Assembly: GCA_964016885.1 (NCBI GenBank) | Contig: OZ024741.1 | Coordinates: forward strand, 209,374,001 to 209,438,000 | DNA: 64,000 nt | From: Eledone cirrhosa | Lineage: Eukaryota | Direction of reading: 5' to 3' | Shown here: one piece after another, positions 9,484 through 24,100 of the stretch | Numbering within the stretch: position 1 is the stretch's first letter | How the letters are laid out: each line of letters starts with the position of its first letter | Notes under the pieces: model-generated | Told to the model about the DNA's origin: nothing | Seen by the model: only the letters and a program-made list of their open reading frames with translations | Databases searched by the model: none | Made by a program: the position numbers and the translations under genes

Positions 9484-12400
9484 TCATTGGCTGTGTGTGG
9501 CCTGATTTTCAGAAAGATATCTCCGTAAAATAACGAGTGGTGGCTGCGTAAAATAATGAATTACGCACGAAAATGAGAAAATTTCGATTCTCGATCGTGG
9601 GCCGGCCGGATGTCGGATCGATTCGTAAATACAAGGATAATGTGCGGACACTCCTTGGCTGTGTGCGGCATGATTTTCAGGACGATATCTCCGTAAAATC
9701 AAGAGTTGATAACCCCAACTTAACTTAACCCCAACTTAACTTAACCGCAACTTAACTTAACCGCAACCTAACTTAACCCCAACTTAACTTAACCGCAACC
9801 TAACTTAACCCCAACTTAACTTAACCGCAACTTAACTTAACCCCAACCTAACTTAACTCCAACTTAACTTAACCGCAACTTAACTTAACCGCAACCTAAC
9901 TTAACCCCAACTTAATTTAACCGCAACTTAACTTAACCGCAACTTAGCTTAACCCCAACCCTTGGTGGGATCGATCTGTAATTACTGGTACATGTGCAGA
10001 CACTCATTGGCTGTGTGTGGCCTGATTTTCAGAAAGATATCTCCGTAAAATAACGAGTGGTCGCTGCGTAAAATAATGAATTACGCACGAAAATGAGAAA
10101 ATTTCGATTCTCGATCGTCGGCCGGCCGGATGTCGGATCGATTCGTAAATACAAGGATAATGTGCGGACACTCCTTGGCTGTGTGCGGCATGATTTTCAG
10201 GACGATATCTCCGTAAAATCAAGAGTTGATAACCCCAACTTAACTTAACCCCAACTGAACTTAACCGCAACTTAACTCAACCCCAACTTAACTTAACCGC
10301 AACCTAACTTAACCCCAACTTAACTTAACCGCAACTTAACTTAACCCCAACCTAACTTAACCCCAACTTAACTTAACCGCAACTTAACTTAACCGCAACC
10401 TAACTTAACCCCAACTTAACTTAACCGCAACTTAACTTAACCGCAACTTAGCTTAACCCCAACCCTTGGTGGGATCGATCTGTAATTACTGGTACATGTG
10501 CAGACAATCATTGGCTGTGTGTGGCCTGATTTTCAGAAAGATATCTCCGTAAAATAACGAGTGGTGGCTGCGTAAAATAATGAATTACGCACGAAAATGA
10601 GAAAATTTCGATTCTCGATCGTGGGCCGGCCGGATGTCGGATCGATTCGTAAATACAAGGATAATGTGCGGACACTCCTTGGCTGTGTGCGGCATGATTT
10701 TCAGGACGATATCTCCGTAAAATCAAGAGTTGATATCCCCAACTTAACTTAACCCCAACTTAACTTAACCGCAACTTAACTTAACCGCAACCTAACTTAA
10801 CCCCAACTTAACTTAACCGCAACCTAACTTAACCCCAACTTAACTTAACCGCAACTTAACTTAACCGCAACTTAGCTTAACCCCAACCCTTGGTGGGATC
10901 GATCTGTAATTACTGGTACATGTGCAGACACTCATTGGCTGTGCGTGGCCTGATTTTCAGAAAGATATCTCCGTAAAATAACGAGTGGTGGCTGCGTAAA
11001 ATAATGAATTACGCACGAAAATGAGAAAATTTAGATTCTCGATCGTGGGCCGGCCGGATGTCTGATCGATTCGTAAATACAAGGATAATGTGCGGACACT
11101 CCTTGGCTGTGTGTGGCATGATTTTCAGGACGATATCTCCGTAAAATCAAGAGTTGATAACCCCAACTTAACTTAACCCCAACTTAACTTAACCGCAACT
11201 TAACTTAACCGCAACCTAACTTAACCCCAACTTAACTTAACCGCAACCTAACTTAACCCCAACTTAACTTAACCGCAACTTAACTTAACCCCAACCTAAC
11301 TTAACCCCAACTTAACTTAACCGCAACTTAACTTAACCGCAACCTAACTTAACCCCAACTTAACTTAACCGCAACTTAACTTAACCGCAACTTAGCTTAA
11401 CCCCAACCCTTGGTGGGATCGATCTGTAATTACTGGTACATGTGCAGACACTCATTGGCTGTGTGTGGCCTGATTTTCAGAAAGATATCTCCGTAAAATA
11501 ACGAGTGGTGGCTGCGTAAAATAATGAATTACGCACGAAAATGAGAAAATTTCGATTCTCGATCGTGGGCCGGCCGGATGTCGCATCGATTCGTAAATAG
11601 AAGGATAATGTGCGGACACTCCTTGGCTGTGTGCGGCATGATTTTCAGGACGATATTTCCGTAAAATCAAGAGTTGATAACCCCAACTTAACTTAACCCC
11701 AACTTAACTTAACCCCAACTTAACTTAACCGCAACCTAACTTAACCCCAACTTAACTTAACCCCAACCTAACTTAACCCCAACTTAACTTAACCGCAACT
11801 TAACTTAACCGCAACCTAACTTAACCCCAACTTAACTTAACCGCAACTTAACTTAACCGCAACTTAGCTTAACCCCAACCCTTGGTGGGATCGATCTGTA
11901 ATTACTGGTACATGTGCAGACACTCATTGGCTGTGTGTGGCCTGATTTTCAGAAAGATATCTCCGTAAAATAACGAGTGGTGGCTGCGTAAAATAATGAA
12001 TTACGCACGAAAATGAGAAAATTTCGATTCTCGATCGTGGGCCGGCCGGATGTCGGATCGATTCGTAAATACAAGGATAATGTGCGGACACTCCTTGGCT
12101 GTGTGCGGCATGATTTTCAGGACGATATCTCCGTAAAATCAAGAGTTGATAACCCCAACTTAACTTAACCCCAACTTAACTTAACCGCAACTTAACTTAA
12201 CCGCAACCTAACTTAACCCCAACTTAACTTAACCGCAACCTAACTTAACCCCAACTTAACTTAACCGCAACTTAACTTAACCCCAACCTAACTTAACTCC
12301 AACTTAACTTAACCGCAACTTAACTTAACCGCAACCTAACTTAACCCCAACTTAATTTAACCGCAACTTAACTTAACCGCAACTTAGCTTAACCCCAACC

Positions 12401-14363
12401 CTTGGTGGGATCGATCTGTAATTACTGGTACATGTGCAGACACTCATTGGCTGTGTGTGGCCTGATTTTCAGAAAGATATCTCCGTAAAATAACGAGTGG
12501 TCGCTGCGTAAAATAATGAATTACGCACGAAAATGAGAAAATTTCGATTCTCGATCGTCGGCCGGCCGGATGTCGGATCGATTCGTAAATACAAGGATAA
12601 TGTGCGGACACTCCTTGGCTATGTGCGGCATGATTTTCAGGACGATATCTCCGTAAAATCAAGAGTTGATAACCCCAACTTAACTTAACCCCAACTGAAC
12701 TTAACCGCAACTTAACTCAACCCCAACTTAACTTAACCGCAACCTAACTTAACCCCAACTTAACTTAACCGCAACTTAACTTAACCCCAACCTAACTTAA
12801 CCCCAACTTAACTTAACCGCAACTTAACTTAACCGCAACCTAACTTAACCCCAACTTAACTTAACCGCAACTTAACTTAACCGCAACTTAGCTTAACCCC
12901 AACCCTTGGTGGGATCGATCTGTAATTACTGGTACATATGCAGACAATCATTGGCTGTGTGTGGCCTGATTTTCAGAAAGATATCTCCGTAAAATAACGA
13001 GTGGTGGCTGCGTAAAATAATGAATTACGCACGAAAATGAGAAAATTTCGATTCTCGATCGTGGGCCGGCCGGATGTCGGATCGATTCGTAAATACAAGG
13101 ATAATGTGCGGACACTCCTTGGCTGTGTGCGGCATGATTTTCAGGACGATATCTCCGTAAAATCAAGAGTTGATATCCCCAACTTAACTTAACCCCAACT
13201 TAACTTAACCGCAACTTAACTTAACCGCAACCTAACTTAACCCCAACTTAACTTAACCGCAACCTAACTTAACCCCAACTTAACTTAACCGCAACTTAAC
13301 TTAACCGCAACTTAGCTTAACCCCAACCCTTGGTGGGATCGATCTGTAATTACTGGTACATGTGCAGACACTCATTGGCTGTGCGTGGCCTGATTTTCAG
13401 AAAGATATCTCCGTAAAATAACGAGTGGTGGCTGCGTAAAATAATGAATTACGCACGAAAATGAGAAAATTTAGATTCTCGATCGTGGGCCGGCCGGATG
13501 TCTGATCGATTCGTAAATACAAGGATAATGTGCGGACACTCCTTGGCTGTGTGTGGCATGATTTTCAGGACGATATCTCCGTAAAATCAAGAGTTGATAA
13601 CCCCAACTTAACTTAACCCCAACTTAACTTAACCGCAACTTAACTTAACCGCAACCTAACTTAACCCCAACTTAACTTAACCGCAACCTAACTTAACCCC
13701 AACTTAACTTAACCGCAACTTAACTTAACCCCAACCTAACTTAACCCCAACTTAACTTAACCGCAACTTAACTTAACCGCAACCTAACTTAACCCCAACT
13801 TAACTTAACCGCAACTTAACTTAACCGCAACTTAGCTTAACCCCAACCCTTGGTGGGATCGATCTGTAATTACTGGTACATGTGCAGACACTCATTGGCT
13901 GTGTGTGGCCTGATTTTCAGAAAGATATCTCCGTAAAATAACGAGTGGTGGCTGCGTAAAATAATGAATTACGCACGAAAATGAGAAAATTTCGATTCTC
14001 GATCGTGGGCCGGCCGGATGTCGCATCGATTCGTAAATAGAAGGATAATGTGCGGACACTCCTTGGCTGTGTGCGGCATGATTTTCAGGACGATATTTCC
14101 GTAAAATCAAGAGTTGATAACCCCAACTTAACTTAACCCCAACTTAACTTAACCCCAACTTAACTTAACCGCAACCTAACTTAACCCCAACTTAACTTAA
14201 CCCCAACCTAACTTAACCCCAACTTAACTTAACCGCAACTTAACTTAACCGCAACCTAACTTAACCCCAACTTAACTTAACCGCAACTTAACTTAACCGC
14301 AACTTAGCTTAACCCCAACCCTTGGTGGGATCGATCTGTAATTACTGGTACATGTGCAGACAC
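9484..14363. repeat. Higher-order tandem duplication, period 2440 bp (5 monomers)
   Basis: The series 520/504/424/520/472 with matching variants occurs at 9484 and 11924. Confidence 0.88.
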
Positions 14364-17300
14364 TCATTGGCTGTGTGTGGCCTGATTTTCAGAAAGATAT
14401 CTCCGTAAAATAACGAGTGGTGGCTGCGTAAAATAATGAATTACGCACGAAAATGAGAAAATTTCGATTCTCGATCGTGGGCCGGCCGGATGTCGGATCG
14501 ATTCGTAAATACAAGGATAATGTGCGGACACTCCTTGACTGTGTGCGGCATGATTTTCAGGACGATATCTCCGTAAAATCAAGAGTTGATAACCCCAACT
14601 TAACTTAACCCCAACTTAACTTAACCGCAACTTAACTTAACCGCAACCTAACTTAACCCCAACTTAACTTAACCGCAACCTAACTTAACCCCAACTTAAC
14701 TTAACCGCAACTTAACTTAACCCCAACCTAACTTAACCCCAACTTAACTTAACCGCAACTTAACTTAACCGCAACCTAACTTAACCCCAACTTAACTTAA
14801 CCGCAACTTAACTTAACCGCAACTTAGCTTAACCCCAACCCTTGGTGGGATCGATCTGTAATTACTGGTACATGTGCAGACACTCATTGGCTGTGTGTGG
14901 CCTGATTTTCAGATAGATATCTCCGTACAATAACGAGTGGTGGCTGCGTAAATTAATGAATTACGCACGAAAATGAGAAAATTTCGATTCTCGATCGTGG
15001 GCCGGCCGGATGTCGGATCGATTCGTAAATACAAGGATAATGTGCGGACACTCCTTGGCTGTGTGCGGCATGATTTTCAGGACGATATCTCCGTAAAATC
15101 AAGAGTTGATAACCCCAACTTAACTTAACCCCAACTTAACTTAACCGCAACTTAACTTAACCCAAACCTAACTTAACCCCAACTTAACTTAACCGCAACT
15201 TAACTTAACCGCAACCTAACTTAACCCCAACTTAACTTAACCGCAACTTAACTTAACCGCAACTTAGCTTAACCCCAACCCTTGGTGGGATCGATCTGTA
15301 ATTACTGGTACATATGCAGACACTCATTGGCTGTGTGTGGCCTGATTTTCAGAAAGATATCTCCGTAAAATAACGAGTGGTGGCTGCGTAAAATAATGAA
15401 TTACGCACGAAAATGAGAAAATTTCGATTCTCGATCGTGGGCCGGCCGGATGTCGCATCGATTCGTAAATAGAAGGATAATGTGCGGACACTCCTTGGCT
15501 GTGTGCGGCATGATTTTCAGGACGATATTTCCGTAAAATCAAGAGTTGATAACCCCAACTTAACTTAACCCCAACTTAACTTAACCCCAACTTAACTTAA
15601 CCCCAACTTAACTTAACCGCAACTTAACTTAACCGCAACCTAACTTAACCCCAACTTAACTTAACCGCAACCTAACTTAACCCCAACTTAGCTTAACCGC
15701 AACTTAACTTAACCCCAACCTAACTTAACCCCAACTTAACTTAACCGCAACTTAACTTAACCGCAACCTAACTTAACCCCAACTTAACTTAACCGCAACT
15801 TAACTAAACCGCAACTTAGCTTAACCCCAACCCTTGGTGGGATCGATCTGTAATTACTGGTACATGTGCAGACACTCATTGGCTGTGTGTGGCCTGATTT
15901 TCAGAAAGATATCTCCGTAAAATAACGAGTGGTGGCTGCGTAAAATAATGAATTACGCACGAAAATGAGAAAATTTCGATTCTCGATCGTGGGCCGGCCG
16001 GATGTCGGATCGATTCGTAAATACAAGGATAATGTGCGGACACTCCTTGCCTGTGTGCGGCATGATTTTCAGGACGATATCTCCGTAAAATCAAGAGTTG
16101 ATAACCCCAACTTAACTTAACCCCAACTTAACTTAACCGCAACTTAACTTAACCGCAACCTAACTTAACCCCAACATAACTTAACCGCAACCTAACTTAA
16201 CCCCAACTTAACTTAACCGCAACTTAACTTAACCCCAACCTAACTTAACCCCAACTTAACTTAACCGCAACTTAACTTAACCGCAACCTAACTTAACCCC
16301 AACTTAACTTAACCGCAACTTAACTTAACCGCAACTTAGCTTAACCCCAACCCTTGGTGGGATCGATCTGTAATTACTGGTACATGTGCAGACTCTCATT
16401 GGCTGTGTGTGGCCTGATTTTCAGAAAGATATCTCCGTAAAATAACGAGTGGTGGCTGCGTAAAATAATGAATTACGCACGAAAATGAGAAAATTTCGAT
16501 TCTCGATCGTGGGCCGGCCGGATGTCGGATCGATTCGTAAATACAAGGATAATGTGCGGACACTCCTTGGCTGTGTGCGGCATGATTTTCAGGACGATAT
16601 CTCCGTAAAATCAAGAGTTGATAACCCCAACTTAACTTAACCGCAACTTAACTTAACCGCAACCTAACTTAACTCTAACTTAACTTAACCGCAACTTAAC
16701 TTAACCGCAACTTAGCTTAACCCCAACCCTTGGTGGGATCGATCTGTAATTACTGGTACATGTGCAGACTCTCATTGGCTGTGTGTGGCCTGATTTTCAG
16801 AAAGATATCTCCGTAAAATAACGAGTGGTGGCTGCGTAAAATAATGAATTACGTAAGAAAATGAGAAAATTTCGATTCTCGATCGTGGGCCGGCCGGATG
16901 TCGGATCGATTCGTAAATACAAGGATAATGTGCGGACACTCCTTGCCTGTGTGCCGCATGATTTTCAGGACGATATCTCCGTAAAATCAAGAGTTGATAA
17001 CCCCAACTTAACTTAACCCCAACTTAACTTAACCGCAACTTTACTTAACCGCAACCTAACTTAACCCCAACTTAACTTAACCGCAACCTAACTTAACCCC
17101 AACTTAACTTAACCCCAACTTAACTTAACCCCAACCTAACTTAACCCCAACTTAACTTAACCGCAACTTAACTTAACCGCAACCTAACTTAAACCCAACT
17201 TAACTTAACCGCAACTTAACTTAACCGCAACTTAGCTTAACCCCAACCCTTGGTGGGATCGATCTGTAATTACTGGTACATGTGCAGACACTCATTGGCT

Positions 17301-20300
17301 GTGTGTGGCCTGATTTTCAGAAAGATATCTCCGTAAAATAACGAGTGGTGGCTGCGTAAAATAATGAATTACGCACGAAAATGAGAAAATTTCGATTCTC
17401 GATCGTGGGCCGGCCGGATGTCGCATCGATTCGTAAATAGAAGGATAATGTGCGGACACTCCTTGGCTGTGTGCGGCATGATTTTCAGGACGATATTTCC
17501 GTAAAATCAAGAGTTGATAACCCCAACTTAACTTAACCCCAACTTAACTTAACCCCAACTTAACTTAACCGCAACCTAACTTAACCCCAACTTAACTTAA
17601 CCCCAACCTAACTTAACCCCAACTTAACTTAACCGCAACTTAACTTAACCGCAACCTAACTTAACCCCAACTTAACTTAACCGCAACTTAACTTAACCGC
17701 AACTTAGCTTAACCCCAACCCTTGGTGGGATCGATCTGTAATTACTGGTACATGTGCAGACACTCATTGGCTGTGTGTGGCCTGATTTTCAGAAAGATAT
17801 CTCCGTAAAATAACGAGTGGTGGCTGCGTAAAATAATGAATTACGCACGAAAATGAGAAAATTTCGATTCTCGATCGTGGGCCGGCCGGATGTCGGATCG
17901 ATTCGTAAATACAAGGATAATGTGCGGACACTCCTTGGCTGTGTGCGGCATGATGTTCAGGACGATATCTCCGTAAAATCAAGAGTTGATAACCCCAACT
18001 TAACTTAACCCCAACTTAACTTAACCGCAACTTAACTTAACCGCAACCTAACTTAACCCCAACTTAACTTAACCGCAACCTAACTTAACCCCAACTTAAC
18101 TTAACCGCAACTTAACTTAACCCCAACCTAACTTAACCCCAACTTAACTTAACCGCAACTTAACTTAACCGCAACCTAACTTAACCCCAACTTAACTTAA
18201 CCGCAACTTAACTTAACCGCAACTTAGCTTAACCCCAACCCTTGGTGGGATCGATCTGTAATTACTGGTATATGTGCAGACACTCATTGGCTGTGTGTGG
18301 CCTGATTTTCAGAAAGATATCTCCGTAAAATAACGAGTGGTGGCTGCGTAAAATAATGAATTACGCACGAAAATGAGAAAATTTCGATTCTCGATCGTGG
18401 GCCGGCCGGATGTCGGATCGATTCGTAAATACAAGGATAATGTGCGGACACTCCTTGGCTGTGTGCGGCATGATTTTCAGGACGATATCTCCGTAAAATC
18501 AAGAGTTGATAACCCCAACTTAACTTAACCTCAACTTAACTTAACCGCAACTTAACTTAACCGCAACCTAACTTAACCCCAACTTAACTTAACCGCAACC
18601 TAACTTAACCCCAACTTAACTTAACCGCAACTTAACTTAACCGCAACTTAGCTTAACCCCAACCCTTGGTGGGATCGATCTGTAATTACTGGTACATGTG
18701 CAGACACTCATTGGCTGTGCGTGGCCTGATTTTCAGAAAGATATCTCCGTAAAATAACGAGTGGTGGCTGCGTAAAATAATGAATTACGCACGAAAATGA
18801 GAAAATTTAGATTCTCGATCGTGGGCCGGCCGGATGTCTGATCGATTCGTAAATACAAGGATAATGTGCGGACACTCCTTGGCTGTGTGTGGCATGATTT
18901 TCAGGACGATATCTCCGTAAAATCAAGAGTTGATAACCCCAACTTAACTTAACCCCAACTTAACTTAACCGCAACTTAACTTAACCGCAACCTAACTTAA
19001 CCCCAACTTAACTTAACCGCAACCTAACTTAACCCCAACTTAACTTAACCGCAACTTAACTTAACCCCAACCTAACTTAACCCCAACTTAACTTAACCGC
19101 AACTTAACTTAACCGCAACCTAACTTAACCCCAACTTAACTTAACCGCAACTTAACTTAACCGCAACTTAGCTTAACCCCAACCCTTGGTGGGATCGATC
19201 TGTAATTACTGGTACATGTGCAGACACTCATTGGCTGTGTGTGGCCTGATTTTCAGAAAGATATCTCCGTAAAATAACGAGTGGTGGCTGCGTAAAATAA
19301 TGAATTACGCACGAAAATGAGAAAATTTCGATTCTCGATCGTGGGCCGGCCGGATGTCGCATCGATTCGTAAATAGAAGGATAATGTGCGGACACTCCTT
19401 GGCTGTGTGCGGCATGATTTTCAGGACGATATCTCCGTAAAATCAAGAGTTGATAACCCCAACTTAACTTAACCTCAACTTAACTTAACCGCAACTTAAC
19501 TTAACCGCAACCTAACTTAACCCCAACTTAACTTAACCGCAACCTAACTTAACCCCAACTTAACTTAACCGCAACTTAACTTAACCCCAACCTAACTTAA
19601 CTCCAACTTAACTTAACCGCAACTTAACTTAACCGCAACCTAACTTAACCCCAACTTAATTTAACCGCAACTTAACTTAACCGCAACTTAGCTTAACCCC
19701 AACCCTTGGTGGGATCGATCTGTAATTACTGGTACATGTGCAGACACTCATTGGCTGTGTGTGGCCTGATTTTCAGAAAGATATCTCCGCAAAATAACGA
19801 GTGGTCGCTGCGTAAAATAATGAATTACGCACGAAAATGAGAAAATTTCGATTCTCGATCGTCGGCCGGCCGGATGTCGGATCGATTCGTAAATACAAGG
19901 ATAATGTGCGGACACTCCTTGGCTATGTGCGGCATGATTTTCAGGACGATATCTCCGTAAAATCAAGAGTTGATAACCCCAACTTAACTTAACCCCAACT
20001 GAACTTAACCGCAACTTAACTCAACCCCAACTTAACTTAACCGCAACCTAACTTAACCCCAACTTAACTTAACCGCAACTTAACTTAACCCCAACCTAAC
20101 TTAACCCCAACTTAACTTAACCGCAACTTAACTTAACCGCAACCTAACTTAACCCCAACTTAACTTAACCGCAACTTAACTTAACCGCAACTTAGCTTAA
20201 CCCCAACCCTTGGTGGGATCGATCTGTAATTACTGGTACATGTGCAGACAATCATTGGCTGTGTGTGGCCTGATTTTCAGAAAGATATCTCCGTAAAATA

Positions 20301-21195
20301 ACGAGTGGTGGCTGCGTAAAATAATGAATTACGCACGAAAATGAGAAAATTTCGATTCTCGATCGTGGGCCGGCCGGATGTCGGATCGATTCGTAAATAC
20401 AAGGATAATGTGCGGACACTCCTTGGCTGTGTGCGGCATGATTTTCAGGACGATATCTCCGTAAAATCAAGAGTTGATATCCCCAACTTAACTTAACCCC
20501 AACTTAACTTAACCGCAACTTAACTTAACCGCAACCTAACTTAACCCCAACTTAACTTAACCGCAACCTAACTTAACCCCAACTTAACTTAACCGCAACT
20601 TAACTTAACCGCAACTTAGCTTAACCCCAACCCTTGGTGGGATCGATCTGTAATTACTGGTACATGTGCAGACACTCATTGGCTGTGCGTGGCCTGATTT
20701 TCAGAAAGATATCTCCGTAAAATAACGAGTGGTGGCTGCGTAAAATAATGAATTACGCACGAAAATGAGAAAATTTAGATTCTCGATCGTGGGCCGGCCG
20801 GATGTCTGATCGATTCGTAAATACAAGGATAATGTGCGGACACTCCTTGGCTGTGTGTGGCATGATTTTCAGGACGATATCTCCGTAAAATCAAGAGTTG
20901 ATAACCCCAACTTAACTTAACCCCAACTTAACTTAACCCCAACTTAACTTAACCGCAACCTAACTTAACCCCAACTTAACTTAACCGCAACCTAACTTAA
21001 CCCCAACTTAACTTAACCGCAACTTAACTTAACCCCAACCTAACTTAACCCCAACTTAACTTAACCGCAACTTAACTTAACCGCAACCTAACTTAACCCC
21101 AACTTAACTTAACCGCAACTTAACTTAACCGCAACTTAGCTTAACCCCAACCCTTGGTGGGATCGATCTGTAATTACTGGTACATGTGCAGACAC

Positions 21196-24100
21196 TCATT
21201 GGCTGTGTGTGGCCTGATTTTCAGAAAGATATCTCCGTAAAATAACGAGTGGTGGATGTGTAAAATAATGAATTACGCACGAAAATGAGAAAATTTCGAT
21301 TCTCGATCGTGGGCCGGCCGGATGTCGCATCGATTCGTAAATAGAAGGATAATGTGCGGACACTCCTTGGCTGTGTGCGGCATGATTTTCAGGACGATAT
21401 TTCCGTAAAATCAAGAGTTGATAACCCCAACTTAACTTAACCCCAACTTAACTTAACCCCAACTTAACTTAACCGCAACATAACTTAACCCCAACTTAAC
21501 TTAACCCCAACCTAACTTAACCCCAACTTAACTTAACCGCAACTTAACTTAACCGCAACCTAACTTAACCCCAACTTAACTTAACCGCAACTTAACTTAA
21601 CCGCAACTTAGCTTAACCCCAACCCTTGGTGGGATCGATCTGTAATTACTGGTACATGTGCAGACACTCATTGGCTGTGTGTGGCCTGATTTTCAGAAAG
21701 ATATCTCCGTAAAATAACGAGTGGTGGCTGCGTAAATTAATGAATTACGCACGAAAATGAGAAAATTTCGATTCTCGATCGTGGGCCGGCCGGATGTCGG
21801 ATCGATTCGTAAATACAAGGATAATGTGCGGACACTCCTTGACTGTGTGCGGCATGATTTTCAGGACGATATCTCCGTAAAATCAAGAGTTGATAACCCC
21901 AACTTAACTTAACCCCAACTTAACTTAACCGCAACTTAACTTAACCGCAACCTAACTTAACCCCAACTTAACTTAACCGCAACCTAACTTAACCCCAACT
22001 TAACTTAACCGCAACTTAACTTAACCCCAACCTAACTTAACCCCAACTTAACTTAACCGCAACTTAACTTAACCGCAACCTAACTTAACCCCAACTTAAC
22101 TTAACCGCAACTTAACTTAACCGCAACTTAGCTTAACCCCAACCCTTGGTGGGATCGATCTGTAATTACTGGTACATGTGCAGACACTCATTGGCTGTGT
22201 GTGGCCTGATTTTCAGAAAGATATCTCCGTAAAATAACGAGTGGTGGCTGCGTAAAATAATGAATTACGCACGAAAATGAGAAAATTTCGATTCTCGATC
22301 GTGGGCCGGCCGGATGTCGGATCGATTCGTAAATACAAGGATAATGTGCGGACACTCCTTGCCTGTGTGCCGCATGATTTTCAGGACGATATCTCCGTAA
22401 AATCAAGAGTTGATAACCCCAACTTAACTTAACCCCAACTTAACTTAACCGCAACTTAACTTAACCGCAACCTAACTTAACCCCAACTTAACTTAACCGC
22501 AACCTAACTTAACCCCAACTTAACTTAACCGCAACTTAACTTAACCCCAACCTAACTTAACCCCAACTTAACTTAACCGCAACTTAACTTAACCGCAACC
22601 TAACTTAACCCCAACTTAACTTAACCGCAACTTAACTTAACCGCAACTTAGCTTAACCCCAACCCTTGGTGGGATCGATCTGTAATTACTGGTACATGTG
22701 CAGACACTCATTGGCTGTGTGTGGCCTGATTTTCAGATAGATATCTCCGTAAAATAACGAGTGGTGGCTGCGTAAATTAATGAATTACGCACGAAAATGA
22801 GAAAATTTCGATTCTCGATCGTGGGCCGGCCGGATGTCGGATCGATTCGTAAATACAAGGATAATGTGCGGACACTCCTTGGCTGTGTGCGGCATGATTT
22901 TCAGGACGATATCTCCGTAAAATCAAGAGTTGATAACCCCAACTTAACTTAACCCCAACTTAACTTAACCGCAACTTAACTTAACCGCAACCTAACTTAA
23001 CCCCAACTTAACTTAACCGCAACCTAACTTAACCCCAACTTAACTTAACCGCAACTTAACTTAACCCCAACCTAACTTAACCCCAACTTAACTTAACCGC
23101 AACTTAACTTAACCGCAACCTAACTTAACCCCAACTTAACTTAACCGCAACTTAACTTAACCGCAACTTAGCTTAACCCCAACCCTTGGTGGGATCGATC
23201 TGTAATTACTGGTACATGTGCAGACACTCATTGGCTGTGTGTGGCCTGATTTTCAGAAAGATATCTCCGTAAAATAACGAGTGGTGGCTGCGTAAAATAA
23301 TGAATTACGCACGAAAATGAGAAAATTTCGATTCTCGATCGTGGGCCGGCCGGATGTCGGATCGATTCGTAAATACAAGGATAATGTGCGGACACTCCTT
23401 GGCTGTGTGCGGCATGATTTTCAGGACGATATCTCCGTAAAATCAAGAGTTGATAACCCCAACTTAACTTAACCCCAACTTAACTTAACCGCAACTTAAC
23501 TTAACCCAAACCTAACTTAACCCCAACTTAACTTAACCGCAACTTAACTTAACCGCAACCTAACTTAACCCCAACTTAACTTAACCGCAACTTAACTTAA
23601 CCGCAACTTAGCTTAACCCCAACCCTTGGTGGTATCGATCTGTAATTACTGGTACATATGCAGACACTCATTGGCTGTGTGTGGCCTGATTTTCAGAAAG
23701 ATATCTCCGTAAAATAACGAGTGGTGGCTGCGTAAAATAATGAATTACGCACGAAAATGAGAAAATTTCGATTCTCGATCGTGGGCCGGCCGGATGTCGC
23801 ATCGATTCGTAAATAGAAGGATAATGTGCGGACACTCCTTGGCTGTGTGCGGCATGATTTTCAGGACGATATTTCCGTAAAATCAAGAGTTGATAACCCC
23901 AACTTAACTTAACCCCAACTTAACTTAACCCCAACTTAACTTAACCCCAACTTAACTTAACCGCAACTTAACTTAACCGCAACCTAACTTAACCCCAACT
24001 TAACTTAACCGCAACCTAACTTAACCCCAACTTAGCTTAACCGCAACTTAACTTAACCCCAACCTAACTTAACCCCAACTTAACTTAACCGCAACTTAAC

